A stretch of 27,574 nucleotides of DNA from assembly GCF_006345805.1 (NCBI RefSeq), contig NW_021827569.1, forward strand, positions 1 through 27,574, written 5' to 3'. A model generated the notes under the pieces. That model did not search any database. It was not told the DNA's origin and worked only from the letters and a program-made list of their open reading frames with translations. Numbering within the stretch: the stretch's first letter is position 1; each line of letters starts with the position of its first letter. This DNA is from Octopus sinensis. Taxonomy: Eukaryota. This document shows positions 1 to 10,181 of this stretch, piece by piece. Made by a program: the position numbers and the translations under genes.

Positions 1-65
1 ATATAAATCAAATGGGGTGATTATAATTGTTGCTTATTTTGATAGTATATATTTATATATATATA

Positions 66-391
66 GACCCCCTACGGTCATGACTGATCATGGGATTGCA
101 CCTAGAAAGTTACCCTCCCAGGCACAAGTCCGGGACAGGTTGTTTTTATGGCAGACCAGCAGTCGCCCATGCCTACCGGCCTCCTCACTCCACGCCACCA
201 ATGTTATCCAAGGGAAAGGCAAAGGCCGATACAGCTTGGCACCTGTGACGTCACAACTCATTTCGACAGTTGTGTGAACTGGAGCAACGTGAAATAAAGT
301 ACCTTGCTCAAGAACACAACACGCAGCCCGGCCCGGGTTTTGAACTCACAACCTCGCGATCGTAAGCTCGACGCTCTAACCACTGAGCCAT
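66..391 (-). mobile_element. tRNA-derived SINE (family C1: tRNA head, shared central domain, distinct tail)
   Basis: The minus strand begins TGGCTCAGTGGTTAGAGCG (A box) and has GAGTTCAAAACCC (B box-like). It then carries GTGTTCTTGAGCAAGGTACTTTATTTCACGTTGCTCCAGTTCAC, shared with the SINE at 1386. Confidence 0.75.
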
Positions 392-393
392 AA

Positions 394-459
<66 letters not shown>

Positions 460-537
460 TACATATATGTATGTATATATATATATATATATGTATGTAT
501 ATGTATGTATATATGTATATATGTATATATATATATA

Positions 538-572
<35 letters not shown>

Positions 573-575
573 TAT
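392..575. repeat. (TA)n/(TG)n/(TATG)n microsatellite
   Basis: Direct reading of the tandem units. Confidence 0.95.
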
Positions 576-694
576 AATGTACTGTTCCGTGATGGTAAGT
601 TCAACAAAAAAGTGGTACATATGGAGAGAGATAAATACTATTTAATAAACACAGTATATGTTCAATAAACACAGACATTGGGTTTATTAAATAA

Positions 695-955
695 TATACA
701 TACATACATACACATACATGCATAAATATATATATACTGTGTGTGTGTGAATATATATATATATACACACATATACATACATATGTACATATACATATAT
801 ATAAAAATATATGCATATATATATGTGTGTGTGTGCGTATGTATATATATACATACATAAATGTATTTAGGTATACGCATACATACACATATATATAACC
901 GAATGCGTATGTGTGTGTACGAGTGTGTTTGTATACGTACACATATGCATATATG
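695..955. repeat. Compound TA/CA/CATA low-complexity repeat
   Basis: Direct reading. Confidence 0.85.
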
Positions 956-1203
956 TGTTCTGTTGACAGAGATTAACTATAATCTGCCTTCCCATATCTG
1001 AAACGAATGACTTCCTTTAACTTTGGTGTAACAATTTATCAGAACTTGTCATTTGTGCATTATTGCTCGCCGGTGTCTGTTCAGCATCTGAAAACATTGA
1101 CCTTAATCCTCGTACTTTTACATAAGGGGTCTCTAACATAACCCTAATGTCTCCGCAGTTCAGACAACATTCTTAGGGGATTTTCAGTATTTTTCATCGT
1201 TTA

Positions 1204-1298
1204 TTTCAGTCATTAGCTCGTGGCTATACTGGGGCACCGCCTTGAAGAATTTTTAGCCGAATGAATTGACCCCAGGACTTATTATTTTATTAAACCTG
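1204..1298 (-). mobile_element. SINE family B, 3' fragment
   Basis: TTTCAGTCATT...GCACCGCCTTGAAG...GACCCCAGGACTT matches the 3' end of the copies at 6680 and 8108. Confidence 0.65.
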
Positions 1299-1385
1299 TG
1301 GAATTTTTCTGTTTGTCTTCACGTTTTGAAATTTTTGAATTAAGTGAAAATTTTCAAATTTGGTGTATTGATGTAATTTTTGTGG

Positions 1386-1635
1386 AGGCGCGTGGATTAG
1401 AGGTTACGGTGTCAGCATCATGATCGTAAGATTGTGGTATCGATTCCTGGACCGGGTGACGCGTTGTGTTCTTGAGCAAAACACTTCATTTCACGTTGCT
1501 CCAGTCCACTCAGCTGGCAAAAATGAGTAACGCTGCAATGGACTGGCATCCCGTCCACCTGGGGAACACATACGCCATTGAAACCGGGAAACCGGGCCCA
1601 TGAGCCTGGCTAGGCTTTAAAAGGGCGCATTTATT
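1386..1635 (+). mobile_element. tRNA-derived SINE (family C2)
   Basis: GGCGCGTGGATTAGAGG (A box-like) and GGTATCGATTCC (B box-like), followed by the central domain shared with 66-391 and a TTTA-repeat tail. Confidence 0.75.
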
Positions 1636-2059
1636 TATTTTTATGTAATTTTTACCTCGTCAGAAAACAGGATTTAGAAGCTGTCATTTTGTGCATGACT
1701 GCAATCTGAAGACGACGAAACGATAGTGTCACCATTGCGATGATATTTAGTCAGCGAAAAATGACCAAAACAACTGCAAGAGGTGAAGTTGTTTGCACTA
1801 ACTTATATTATACTCTGTGTATATGTGATGTTCGTATGTTTGTGCACTGAGAAAGTTTATCGGGCAGGAGGCATGTTTCTTCCATGTGTGGAGTTTCTAT
1901 TTTGTATATATTCAATATACACGTTCAGAGAAAATAACTATGCAGACGGGATAGGTGGAGTTGGTGGTGGTTCCTCTGACGTTCAAAGACGAAACCACCA
2001 CCCACCAGGATAGTTTCTCTCTATGAACGTGAAAATTGAATATATACACCATACGAGCT

Positions 2060-2592
2060 CCACACACAGAAGAGTTATTTCTCACGAATGAACTCTCTCA
2101 GCACACAAACATACAAAAATTACATATACTTAGAACATGATATAATGTAAACAAATTCCCCACCCTACATAGTATTTTTCCCTAAAGTCAAACCCAAAGG
2201 AGATAATCACCCAAAAGGTGTCATCTAAGAGTAGCGCCCTTCGATTTCTTGCTTTCTTTACGGGACGTTTTTGTGACTTTCTGAGACTTTTCGTGCTTTC
2301 GTCCACAATGGAGACGACCAACATTCCTCCATGGGATCAGCTTGAAAAATTGTTAAGATATTAATGTATTTTTCTTAATATGACACTACTGGTAGCTTTG
2401 ATATACAAATATATATTTCCTCCGTCTTCCCGTCTTTGGATCTTTCCTTTTCCTATGTTTCTGACGAAGAGCTCCGCTCGAAACGTTAAACCCTCCTTCT
2501 TTCCTTCTTTCCTGAGCGTCCAATAATACTATACTTGTTCCACGTCCTCGCGTTGTTGTGTTTTCTCTTTGTGTTTTCATGTTTGGATTAAC
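2060..2592 (+). mobile_element. Probable Penelope-like element terminal repeat (pLTR) with hammerhead motif
   Basis: Contains a minimal type I hammerhead at 2457-2491 and ends directly at a (TA)n run. The 5' boundary is uncertain. Confidence 0.5.
2457..2491 (+). ncRNA. Minimal type I hammerhead ribozyme motif
   Basis: GTTT-CTGACGA-A-GAGC-TCC-GCTC-GAA-AC-GTT-AAAC. Stem I is GTTT/AAAC, the core is CUGANGA, stem II is GAGC/GCTC, then GAAA, a palindromic AACGTT stem III and a GUU cleavage triplet. Confidence 0.7.
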
Positions 2593-2614
2593 TATATATA
2601 TATAGTTATTATTA

Positions 2615-2735
2615 TTTGAGGGAATATAAATCCAAACTTACAGGGAAAAAAATTCAATTTATAAATACTAAATTAAATTTCACACAATATAATATATATA
2701 TAAAAAATTAGAAACAAAAACATCTTTTATCAATT
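2615..2735 (-). mobile_element. Terminus of a second repeat family (PLE-type end), same family as 26315-26400
   Basis: TTTGAGGGAATATAAATCCAAACTTACAGGGAAAAAAATTCAATTT is close to TTTGAGGGAATATTATTCCTAACTTACAGGGAAAAATTCAATTT at 26315. Both lie within a few bases of a (TA)n run, and the 26315 copy carries a hammerhead. Confidence 0.5.
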
Positions 2736-2924
2736 CAAAAGGAACAATTAAATTACACCATCTAGAAAATTACATATAATACGTTTTTATTATTTTTTTG
2801 CAATAAAAAGGTATGTTTAAAACTAAAGAATTTTAAGAACATTACAAATTCCAAACCTAAAATTTTGAAATGAGATGTTAATTCTCATTCTTGACAAAAA
2901 CGACACACTTATTTTAATATTTTT

Positions 2925-3128
2925 TCTACTCAAGGCACAAGGCCCCAAATTTTATTTTTTTTTTTATTTTGGTGGGGAGCCAGTCGACTAGATCGACCCC
3001 AGTACGCAACTGGTACTTAATTTATCAACCCCGAAAGGATGAAGGGCAAAGTCGACCTAGGCGGAATTCGAACTCAGAACGTTGCGGCAGACGAAATACC
3101 GCTAAGCATTTCATCCAGCGCACTAATC
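2925..3128 (-). mobile_element. SINE family A
   Basis: The minus strand has the GAGTTCGAATTCCGCC B box and GTCGACTTTGCCCTTCATCCTTTCGGGG...GTACCAGTT...CTGGGGTCGAT, shared with about 10 copies in the window. Confidence 0.85.
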
Positions 3129-3234
3129 ATTGATATTTTATTGTTATTTTAATTTTAATATTCTATTATATGTAATTTTCTAGATGGTGTAATTTAATTT
3201 TCCTTTTGATTGATAAAAGGTGTTTTTTTTTTCT

Positions 3235-3236
<2 letters not shown>

Positions 3237-3292
<56 letters not shown>
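3237..3292. repeat. (TA)n microsatellite
   Basis: Direct reading. Confidence 0.95.
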
Positions 3293-3296
<4 letters not shown>

Positions 3297-3307
3297 GGAA
3301 AGATTGA

Positions 3308-3382
3308 TAGTGACCTTGAAGTTTCGACTTACCGGCACTCATCAGGCGGTGAAAGCGGTGAGTCGAAATTTCCAAGTCACTA
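3308..3382. repeat. 27-bp-arm imperfect inverted repeat enclosing a hammerhead core-like motif
   Basis: Arms 3308-3334 and 3356-3382 match at 23/27 positions. The minus strand reads CTGATGA...GAAAC...GTC. Confidence 0.7.
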
Positions 3383-3409
3383 AAAACCTTTTTCTTGTAA
3401 CTTTCAATA

Positions 3410-3558
3410 TATGGCTGAGTGGTAGGAAGCTTGCTTCATAACCGCATGCTTCCGGGTTCAGTCCTACCTTGAGCAGGTGTCTTCTGCTATAGCCCCGGGC
3501 CAACTAGAGCTTTGTGAGTGGATTTAGTAAACGGAAGCTGAAATGAGACGGTCGTATA
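3410..3558 (+). mobile_element. SINE family B, 5' part
   Basis: TGGCTGAGTGGTAGG (A box) and GGTTCAGTCC (B box-like), then CTTGAGCAGGTGTCTTCTGCTATAGCCCCGGGCC...GTCGTATATATA, as in the copy at 8108-8552. Confidence 0.75.
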
Positions 3559-4520
3559 TATATCAAGTTAAGTAAAAAGTAAGCAATGTTTTGAACCATG
3601 AAGAATTTGTACCGGAATTTTGGAAAGTTTTGAATTTTTTAAACATTTTTTTAAAAATTGTCTGATAATACAGACATACACTTACCCAAATGCATCAATA
3701 AATTAACATTGATATTTTTTTCACTGTTGTTATGATTATCAGAAATGGGACTATCAAGGCGCGATATTCGAGCAATTTTGCTATTCAACTTCAAAAAAGG
3801 ACGCAAAGTAGCTGAAACTGCTCTCGATATCAACGAAACGTTTGGTGAGGAAATGACTAGTGAGTGGTCATCTTGAAAATTGTTTAAACGATTCCGCAGT
3901 GGAGACCTGAGCCTCGAAGATCATAAGCGTAGAGGATGCCCATCTGTCATCGATGACGGTCAATTAAAGACCGTCATTGAGAAAGATCCGCATAAAACAT
4001 CTCGAGAACTGGCAAAGCAACTTCAAGTTTGCCAGAAAACTGCCTGCAACCATTTTTCATGCTATCGGAAAATTAAAATCGACAAATGGGTACCACACAA
4101 TTTGAATGAAAATCAAAAAATGAGCAGTTATGAAATTTACTCGTAGCTTCTTCTTCGTAACCAGACCGTATTGTAACTTGCGATAAAAAGTGGATTCTGC
4201 ACTTTTATTAAAAACGTTCTTCGCAGTGGTTGGACCAAAATGAAGCACCGAAAACCTTCCCTAAACCCGAGCTCTTGAAAAAGAAGGTTATGGTGACTGT
4301 TTGGCGGGGTTCTACTGGACTCATCCACTATAACTTCTTAAAACCTGGAAAAACCATTACTGCAGAAACATATTGTCATGAAATTGCCAAAAGGAACGAA
4401 AAATGACTGCTATTCCGTCCCAGACGGTCAACAGAAGAGGGTCAATCATTCTTCATAACAATGCTCAACCACACGTTTAGCCAACACCGCACTTCAAACG
4501 TGGTTATAAACTTTACTAAG
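3559..4520 (+). mobile_element. Decayed, 3'-truncated mariner (Tc1/mariner) DNA transposon
   Basis: A degenerate mariner-like 5' TIR (TATCAAGTTAAGTAAAAAGTAAGCAATGTTTT) follows TA, and a transposase fossil lies downstream. No 3' TIR was found. Confidence 0.8.
3745..4490 (+). pseudogene. mariner transposase remnant (HTH domain and N-terminal part of the DD(34)D domain)
   Basis: MGLSRRDIRAILLFNFKKGRKVAETA...FKRFRSGDLSLED...KWVPHNLNENQK...RIVTCDKKWIL...KKVMVTVW...LHNNAQPH. These carry the mariner WVPHxL, TxDEKW and HDNAxPH motifs, with stops and frameshifts. Confidence 0.9.
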
Positions 4521-4609
4521 GATTCGAACTATCATCTCATTTGGCTTATCTAATGCTTAATCATTTATCTTTCATCTTTTACTGAAAAGTTTTTTAGTCG
4601 AATAACTCG

Positions 4610-4740
4610 ACTTTAGGACTATTTTAAAGCCTGGCACTTATTACATCGTTCTATTTTGCCGAACCGCTATATTACAGGAACGTAAACACACTAACACCTG
4701 TCGCCAAACGGTGGTGAGGGAGAGAAACGCAGACACAAAT
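4610..4740 (-). mobile_element. SINE family B, internal fragment
   Basis: TTTTGCCGAACCGCTA...CGTAAACACAC...GCAGACACAAA matches the copy at 8108-8552. Confidence 0.6.
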
Positions 4741-4789
4741 TGAATTCATTTTAAACATCTTCATGATAATATGTAGTATAAAAGTAGGC

Positions 4790-4970
4790 GGAATTTCTTA
4801 ATGGGATTCCTTTCGAGTTTCCTTTCTGAGTTCAAATTCCATCGAGGTTGACTTTGCCTTTCATCCTTCCGGGCTCAATAAAATAAGACCAGTCGATCAC
4901 TGGGGTCGATGTTATCGACTTATGCACTCCCTCGAAATGACTGGCCTTGTGCTAGAATTTGAAACGGATA
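4790..4970 (+). mobile_element. SINE family A
   Basis: TCTGAGTTCAAATTCC...TTGACTTTGCCTTTCATCCTTCCGGG...CACTGGGGTCGATG...GGCCTTGTGC. Confidence 0.8.
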
Positions 4971-5300
4971 TCTTTATATATAAAAGTGAGGTTGTGTGAG
5001 TGTCTGACTCCTACGACTTAGATTCCTAACTACTCCCACATTTTGCGGTGCAGTTTAACCAAAACCGGGTATCTTATAGTCGGGATTCATATCGAGCCCT
5101 TCTGGGTATTAGCGTGCGTCTACGATTTAAAAAAAAATTTACCATAAATTTTTCCCATTTTTAATGCATTTTTGGCATATATAAGAGAAGTAACTCTCTA
5201 AAAATTTATTATTAAATCTCAGAACGTAAAAAGCTACAGTAACAATGCTTATATAGTTATTTCCCTTACAAACCCGAGCAACGCCGGGCGATACTGCTAG
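4971..5300 (+). mobile_element. Non-autonomous Helitron (330 bp)
   Basis: Starts with TC after A4970. It ends with the GC-rich hairpin CCCGAGC-AAC-GCCGGG (5273-5288), then CTAG (5297-5300), followed by T5301. These are canonical Helitron termini in an A|T target with no TSD. Confidence 0.8.
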
Positions 5301-6189
5301 TGTTATATAATGGTGTTATACGAAGATATCGTTGTTCGTTGTTCTGAATCAGCATCAGTAACTCGTTTAATGAATCTAACACTTTAATTTAATTTTCTAA
5401 ACAACTTCAGTTTTCAGATCACTTACCGACTGCTAAATCTAAATTTATTTGAAAATATTTCTTGGGAAAGTGAACGATAACATTCTAATAAAAGGGAAAT
5501 ATCTTGAATTTTTTTATAGGATTTCTTAGTTTAATCCCAACGGAAATGAAAACTTCGAATACTGTGAAAATTAATATTTAACTCGATCTGTTGTACAAAT
5601 TTTAAGTATTCATATTAGAAATATTACTGAATGTAAATTTACCAATTCAATATCATTCAATTGACAATTTAAACTACTAAATCGAATCATGTTACTACGG
5701 CTTTAAGTAATAAGTTTAATTTAAATATTCGTAGGTTTAATTAATCAACGCTTTAACATTTAATGCTAAATGAAATATAATCAATACGGTATAATTAAAT
5801 TAATAACCTTAGATTTTGCTTACTAGACAGTAATATACTTCTATATTTTACTCTTTCCAACGCCGTCGAAACCAATGATTTAAAGAAAAAATTAAAACGC
5901 TGCATTCTTGAGTTTACACAATCACGTAATTACTACTCAAAATGTCTAAATTTGATATTATGCGCGTGCACACACACACACACAGATGTGTGTGCGTAAG
6001 TATGTGTAGTGTAGTGCATAGTTGTAAGAAATTACACTTCACTGAGAAGTATATTGAGATTGCATATATTCGTGGAAGACATCAGTTCTTTGAGCAATAA
6101 TTTACTTTGACGGTCATGGAACATAAAATATGTTCTGTCTTGTATTTAAAACGTAAATGTGTTGAACTGATAATATTGGTCTCACATTT

Positions 6190-6345
6190 TTGTACCACAA
6201 GGTCAACAGATTCGGGTGAGGAGGGTAAGCTGATTACGGCGACCCCGGTGGTCAACAACTACTTATTTTACTAACATAAAAAGGATGAAGGGCAAAGTCA
6301 ATACCACCGATGTTTGTTCTCAGAACGTAAAGACAGACGAAATAC
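6190..6345 (-). mobile_element. SINE family A (older, diverged copy)
   Basis: AAAGGATGAAGGGCAAAGTC...CTCAGAACGTAAAGACAGACGAAATAC. Confidence 0.65.
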
Positions 6346-6349
6346 ATAT

Positions 6350-6581
6350 TTCTTTACTACCCACAAGGGGCTAAACACAGAAAGGACAAGCAAGGACAGA
6401 CAAACAGATTAAGTCGATTATATCGACTCCAGTGCGTAACTGGTACTTATTTAATCGACCACGAAAGGATGAAAAGCAAAGTCGACCTAGGCAGAATTTG
6501 AACACAGAATGTAGCGACATGCGAAATACCGCTTAAGCATTTCGTCCAGCGCACTAACGACTCTGCCAACTCGCCACCTTA
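6350..6581 (-). mobile_element. SINE family A variant with LINE-like 3' tail
   Basis: Head GGCGAGTTGGCAGAGTCGTTAG, a family A body, and the tail TCTGTGTTTAGCCCCTTGTGGGTAGTAAAGAA. Confidence 0.8.
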
Positions 6582-6679
6582 CCCTGCAATTATTATCATT
6601 ATCATTATTATTATCTTACAGCATCTTTCTAATTTAAACGTTTGACAATTAAAAGGGTTAAATAATTTACTCATTACTG

Positions 6680-7087
6680 TTTACTCTTTTGCTTGTTTCA
6701 GTCATTTGACTTCGGCCATGCTGGAGCACCGCCTTGAAGGATTTTAGTCAAACAAATCTACCCCAGGACTTTTTTTATAAAGCCTAGTACTTATTTTATC
6801 AGTCTCTTTTGCCTAACCGTAAGTTACGGGGACGTAAACACACCAACACTGGTTGTCAAGCGGTGATGGGGAGAGGAGCAAACACAGACACAAAGACATA
6901 CACACACACACACACACACATACACATAGATAAATACATATATATACGACGGGCTTCTTTCAGTTTCCGTCTACCAAATCCACTCACAAGACTTTGGTCG
7001 GCCCAAAGACACTTACCCAAGGTGCCCCGAAGTGGGACTGAAACCGGAACCATGTTGCTGAGAAACAAACTTCTTACCACACAGCCA
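6680..7087 (-). mobile_element. SINE family B, near full length, with internal (TG)n
   Basis: Collinear with the copy at 8108-8552 over about 400 bp. Confidence 0.85.
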
Positions 7088-7322
7088 AGCCTTTAATCAT
7101 CAAAAGGTTCTAGATATGACCACCCTGCGCTTACTTTTATTCTGAGAAAAACTGTATTTGTTAGTAGATCATCTAATTTTCTTTCTTTTTCTTAGGACGG
7201 TATGGGTGATTTGAGAGAGATTTGGCAGGTTGAGCAACCTGCATGTTGCCTGTGAAGTACGTTGCTTTCAGTAAAAGATGACTAGATGCTGTTGTAGGAG
7301 TATAGAGTTTGATAACAAGACA

Positions 7323-7924
7323 AATTTTTAATTTGGCGGTGAAAAAGATATTAACGGTATTTGAAAGTTCAGTAGTTTAGTCAGATATAGATAAGATTAT
7401 CAGATACAGACAGTTCAGGATAGGAAGCTTTTCGGTTTCTGTACTACCAGAATTGGTAATTGGTGCTAAAGTGTGAGACAAGCGGAAAGAGTTAAGTGCA
7501 TTGAAGCTGATAACAACAACGGCTTCAGAGAGCAGAATTTAGAACTAGATGTGTTCGTGGAGTGTAGAGATGGCCGAACAATTTTGGTGCGTTTGACAGA
7601 ATCTGTAGACCGATAAAGGTATTTGACACACATGGAAGGATGAGGAATAGATACTTTGAGTCAGAATAAATAAAAGTTCCTCTTTTTGAATGACCTGAAG
7701 AGATAGATTATTGGTGGTATGAGGGGGCGGGGCTTAACGTAAGCACAGACTCTGTGCTTTTAAAAGCAGGTAAAAGGTTAACGGCATGGGTAACCTTTTT
7801 TTCGAAATGCGGGCAGCATGAGACCTGCCAACATCTGTTAATCTTATCATGTACTTTTATATCTAACTCAACTACTGAACTTTCAAAAAACATCAAAATC
7901 TTTTTCGCCTCCAAATTAAAAATT
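7323..7924. repeat. 67-bp inverted repeat pair (7323-7389 / 7858-7924)
   Basis: 58/67 identical by manual alignment. Confidence 0.75.
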
Positions 7925-8107
7925 AAATTTCAAGCGGCTGATACTACTAAGAGAAATTTAAGGTTATTTTTCGTTAGGCATACCATTCAGAAAGCTATGC
8001 GGGCCGCAGGTTACCTATAATTGGTTTAGGATGGGCTGGTTAGGAGAGGTAATATTGTGTGTGGGAATGAGAGATTAAAATTTGAGAGAAAATACGTGAA
8101 TTTATTT

Positions 8108-8329
8108 ATTTACTCTTTACTCTTTTACTTGTTTCAGTCATTTGACTACGGCCATGCTGGAGCACCGCCTTTAGTCGAGCAAATCGTCCCCGGGACTTAT
8201 TCTTTTGTAAGCCCAGTACTTATTCTATCGGTCTCTTTTGCCGAACCGCTAAGTAACGGGGACATAAACACACCAGCATCGGTTGTCAAGCAATGCTAGG
8301 GGGACAAACAGACACACAAACACACACAC

Positions 8330-8390
<61 letters not shown>

Positions 8391-8552
8391 TACGACGGGC
8401 TTCTTTCAGTTTCCGTCTACCAAATCCACTCACAAGGCTTTGGTCGGCCCGAGGCTATAGTAGAAGACACTTGCGCAAGGTGCCACGCAGTGGGACTGAA
8501 CCCGGAACTATGTGGTTGGTAAACAAGCTACTTACCACAGAGCCACTCCTGC
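8108..8552 (-). mobile_element. SINE family B, full length
   Basis: Minus-strand head GCAGGAGTGGCTCTGTGGTAAG (A box) and GGTTCAGTCCC (B box-like), an internal (TA)n, and a tail AAACAAGTAAAAGAGTAAAGAG. Confidence 0.9.
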
Positions 8553-8893
8553 TATTTATTTATTTTTCATTATGCTAATAAAGTCTCAAACAAGACGAAA
8601 ATCTACATAGTGTACGGGAAGAGGGAAAACTTAAGACGAAAGGAACGAATCTACTTACGATTTGAAAGAGTTCATGTCATAAGAGAGGAGAAGCAATGAG
8701 ATGGAAGAGATGGTGGCGGGATTGTGATGGTGGGGGTGGCTTCGCTCAAGTTTAGATTAAAGTCTACAGAATTTTCTGTTGATAGGTGAAAATCGTGAAA
8801 GGGGCTTGTTTTGACAGAAATCTTAGAAATAGTTTTCCTCAAATTCGCTTAGTTAACCTCATAAATAATTTTAATGAATTCACAATTAATATA

Positions 8894-9099
8894 CTGTTGT
8901 GTCTGGGGAGAGTCATTTTCTTTTTGTGCCTTATAATGTAACACACTCACTGGTAAAAATTTCCACTTATTCCTTATTTTTATTTTCCTAAAATTTTCGT
9001 TGCGTCTTGCAACCTTTTCAATAGTCAAGACTATTGAAAAGGTGAGTGTGTTTACATTATAAGGTACAAAAAGAAAATTACTCTCCCCAGACACAACAG
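8894..9099. repeat. Fold-back palindrome (57/58-bp outer arms plus a 15-bp perfect inner hairpin)
   Basis: Arms 8894-8950 and 9042-9099 differ by 2 substitutions and 1 indel. The inner hairpin is ACCTTTTCAATAGTC-AA-GACTATTGAAAAGGT at 9012-9043. Confidence 0.9.
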
Positions 9100-9191
9100 A
9101 ACATGCTTCAACACACGAAATCATATAAAGAATCTTGCAAACCAAATCCAAAAACGAAATACAATTAATATATATGCATATTTGTTTGTAT

Positions 9192-9214
9192 GCGTATACA
9201 CATACATACATGTG

Positions 9215-9271
<57 letters not shown>

Positions 9272-9290
9272 GTGTGTGTGTGTGCGTGCA
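9192..9290. repeat. (TG)n microsatellite
   Basis: Direct reading. Confidence 0.95.
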
Positions 9291-10181
9291 TGCTTTATTC
9301 TTTAGCTGGAGAAAAGGAAACTGACGTTGAACCCTATGGTCCTTTGTAAACGCTCACGGTTCCCATGTTTATTATGAGCACACATTTATAATCTGTTGCA
9401 TCTATCTACAGATATAGATATAATTCTACATAAAAACAGAGAATGAATGCTGTGAGAGAGGATTTCATTCACAAAAGTGACAGACTAAACGCGTTTCTTA
9501 ACTGCAACACTAAAACGTCTTGTTTTCCTAACCGATATTAGCTCATCAATTGAACTCTTTCATAACTCTTTAACCGGACGCTAAACTCTCGAAGTGGAAG
9601 TCTGCCTTACGCAAGATAATTCAAAATGATTATAAGTGGTGCCTTTGTTAAACAAACTGGTTTAAGTACATATATCTATGTAAATCTAAATCATGCTTGT
9701 AAAGCTTTATTGTGCAATGTCAAATAAATATTGTTTTGGGAAAAAATATTATACAAAGTCAATATAAGAGTGGAATTGTTGAAAACGGGAAATATAAAAG
9801 TTATTACAAACTAAAGTTTTAATAAATGTTAAAGCGTTAATGCATTTCCGGTCATAAAACGGAATTTATATTATTGCATATATTGTTTATTAAACCGGTC
9901 TTTGTGCAAGGATGGGCAAAAAAGTAAATATATATTTGTAATTTGTATAACATACGTAAAGAAGATATAGTAAGCTAATGTGAACTAATATATACATTAT
10001 TTACATTATTTACATTTGACGGATATTTGTCCCCACCTTGTTTGTTGTTAGCACAACGTTTTGGCTGATATACCCTCCAGCTTTATTCATGTCTCTTCGG
10101 GAATTTTCAAACCTGGGTTCTCGTTCTTAAGGTATCTTTCGATGTTGTTGGTGTTATTACTATTATTATTATTATCATTCA

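Noticed and set aside
258-942. ORFs rich in YI/HT/CV dipeptides here and at 10700-11420, 13312-13579, 16563-17445, 17988-18335, 18789-19028 and 25311-25604
   Set aside because: They are translations of (TA)n, (CA)n, (CATA)n and (GATA)n microsatellites, not proteins.
1700-1740. CTGAAGA-CGAC-GAAAC hammerhead-like string
   Set aside because: There is no room for stem II and no pairing stem I, so it is at best a heavily deleted remnant.
1963-2002. GGTGGTGGTT...AACCACCACC hairpin containing CTGACG...GAAAC
   Set aside because: The arms are low-complexity, the core is incomplete and stems I and II are missing, so chance cannot be excluded.
9305-9360. Possible terminal exon after TTTTAG (AGEKETDVEPYGPL*) with an AT-rich UTR-like region
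   Set aside because: Too short, no recognisable homology, and the reading frame is ambiguous.
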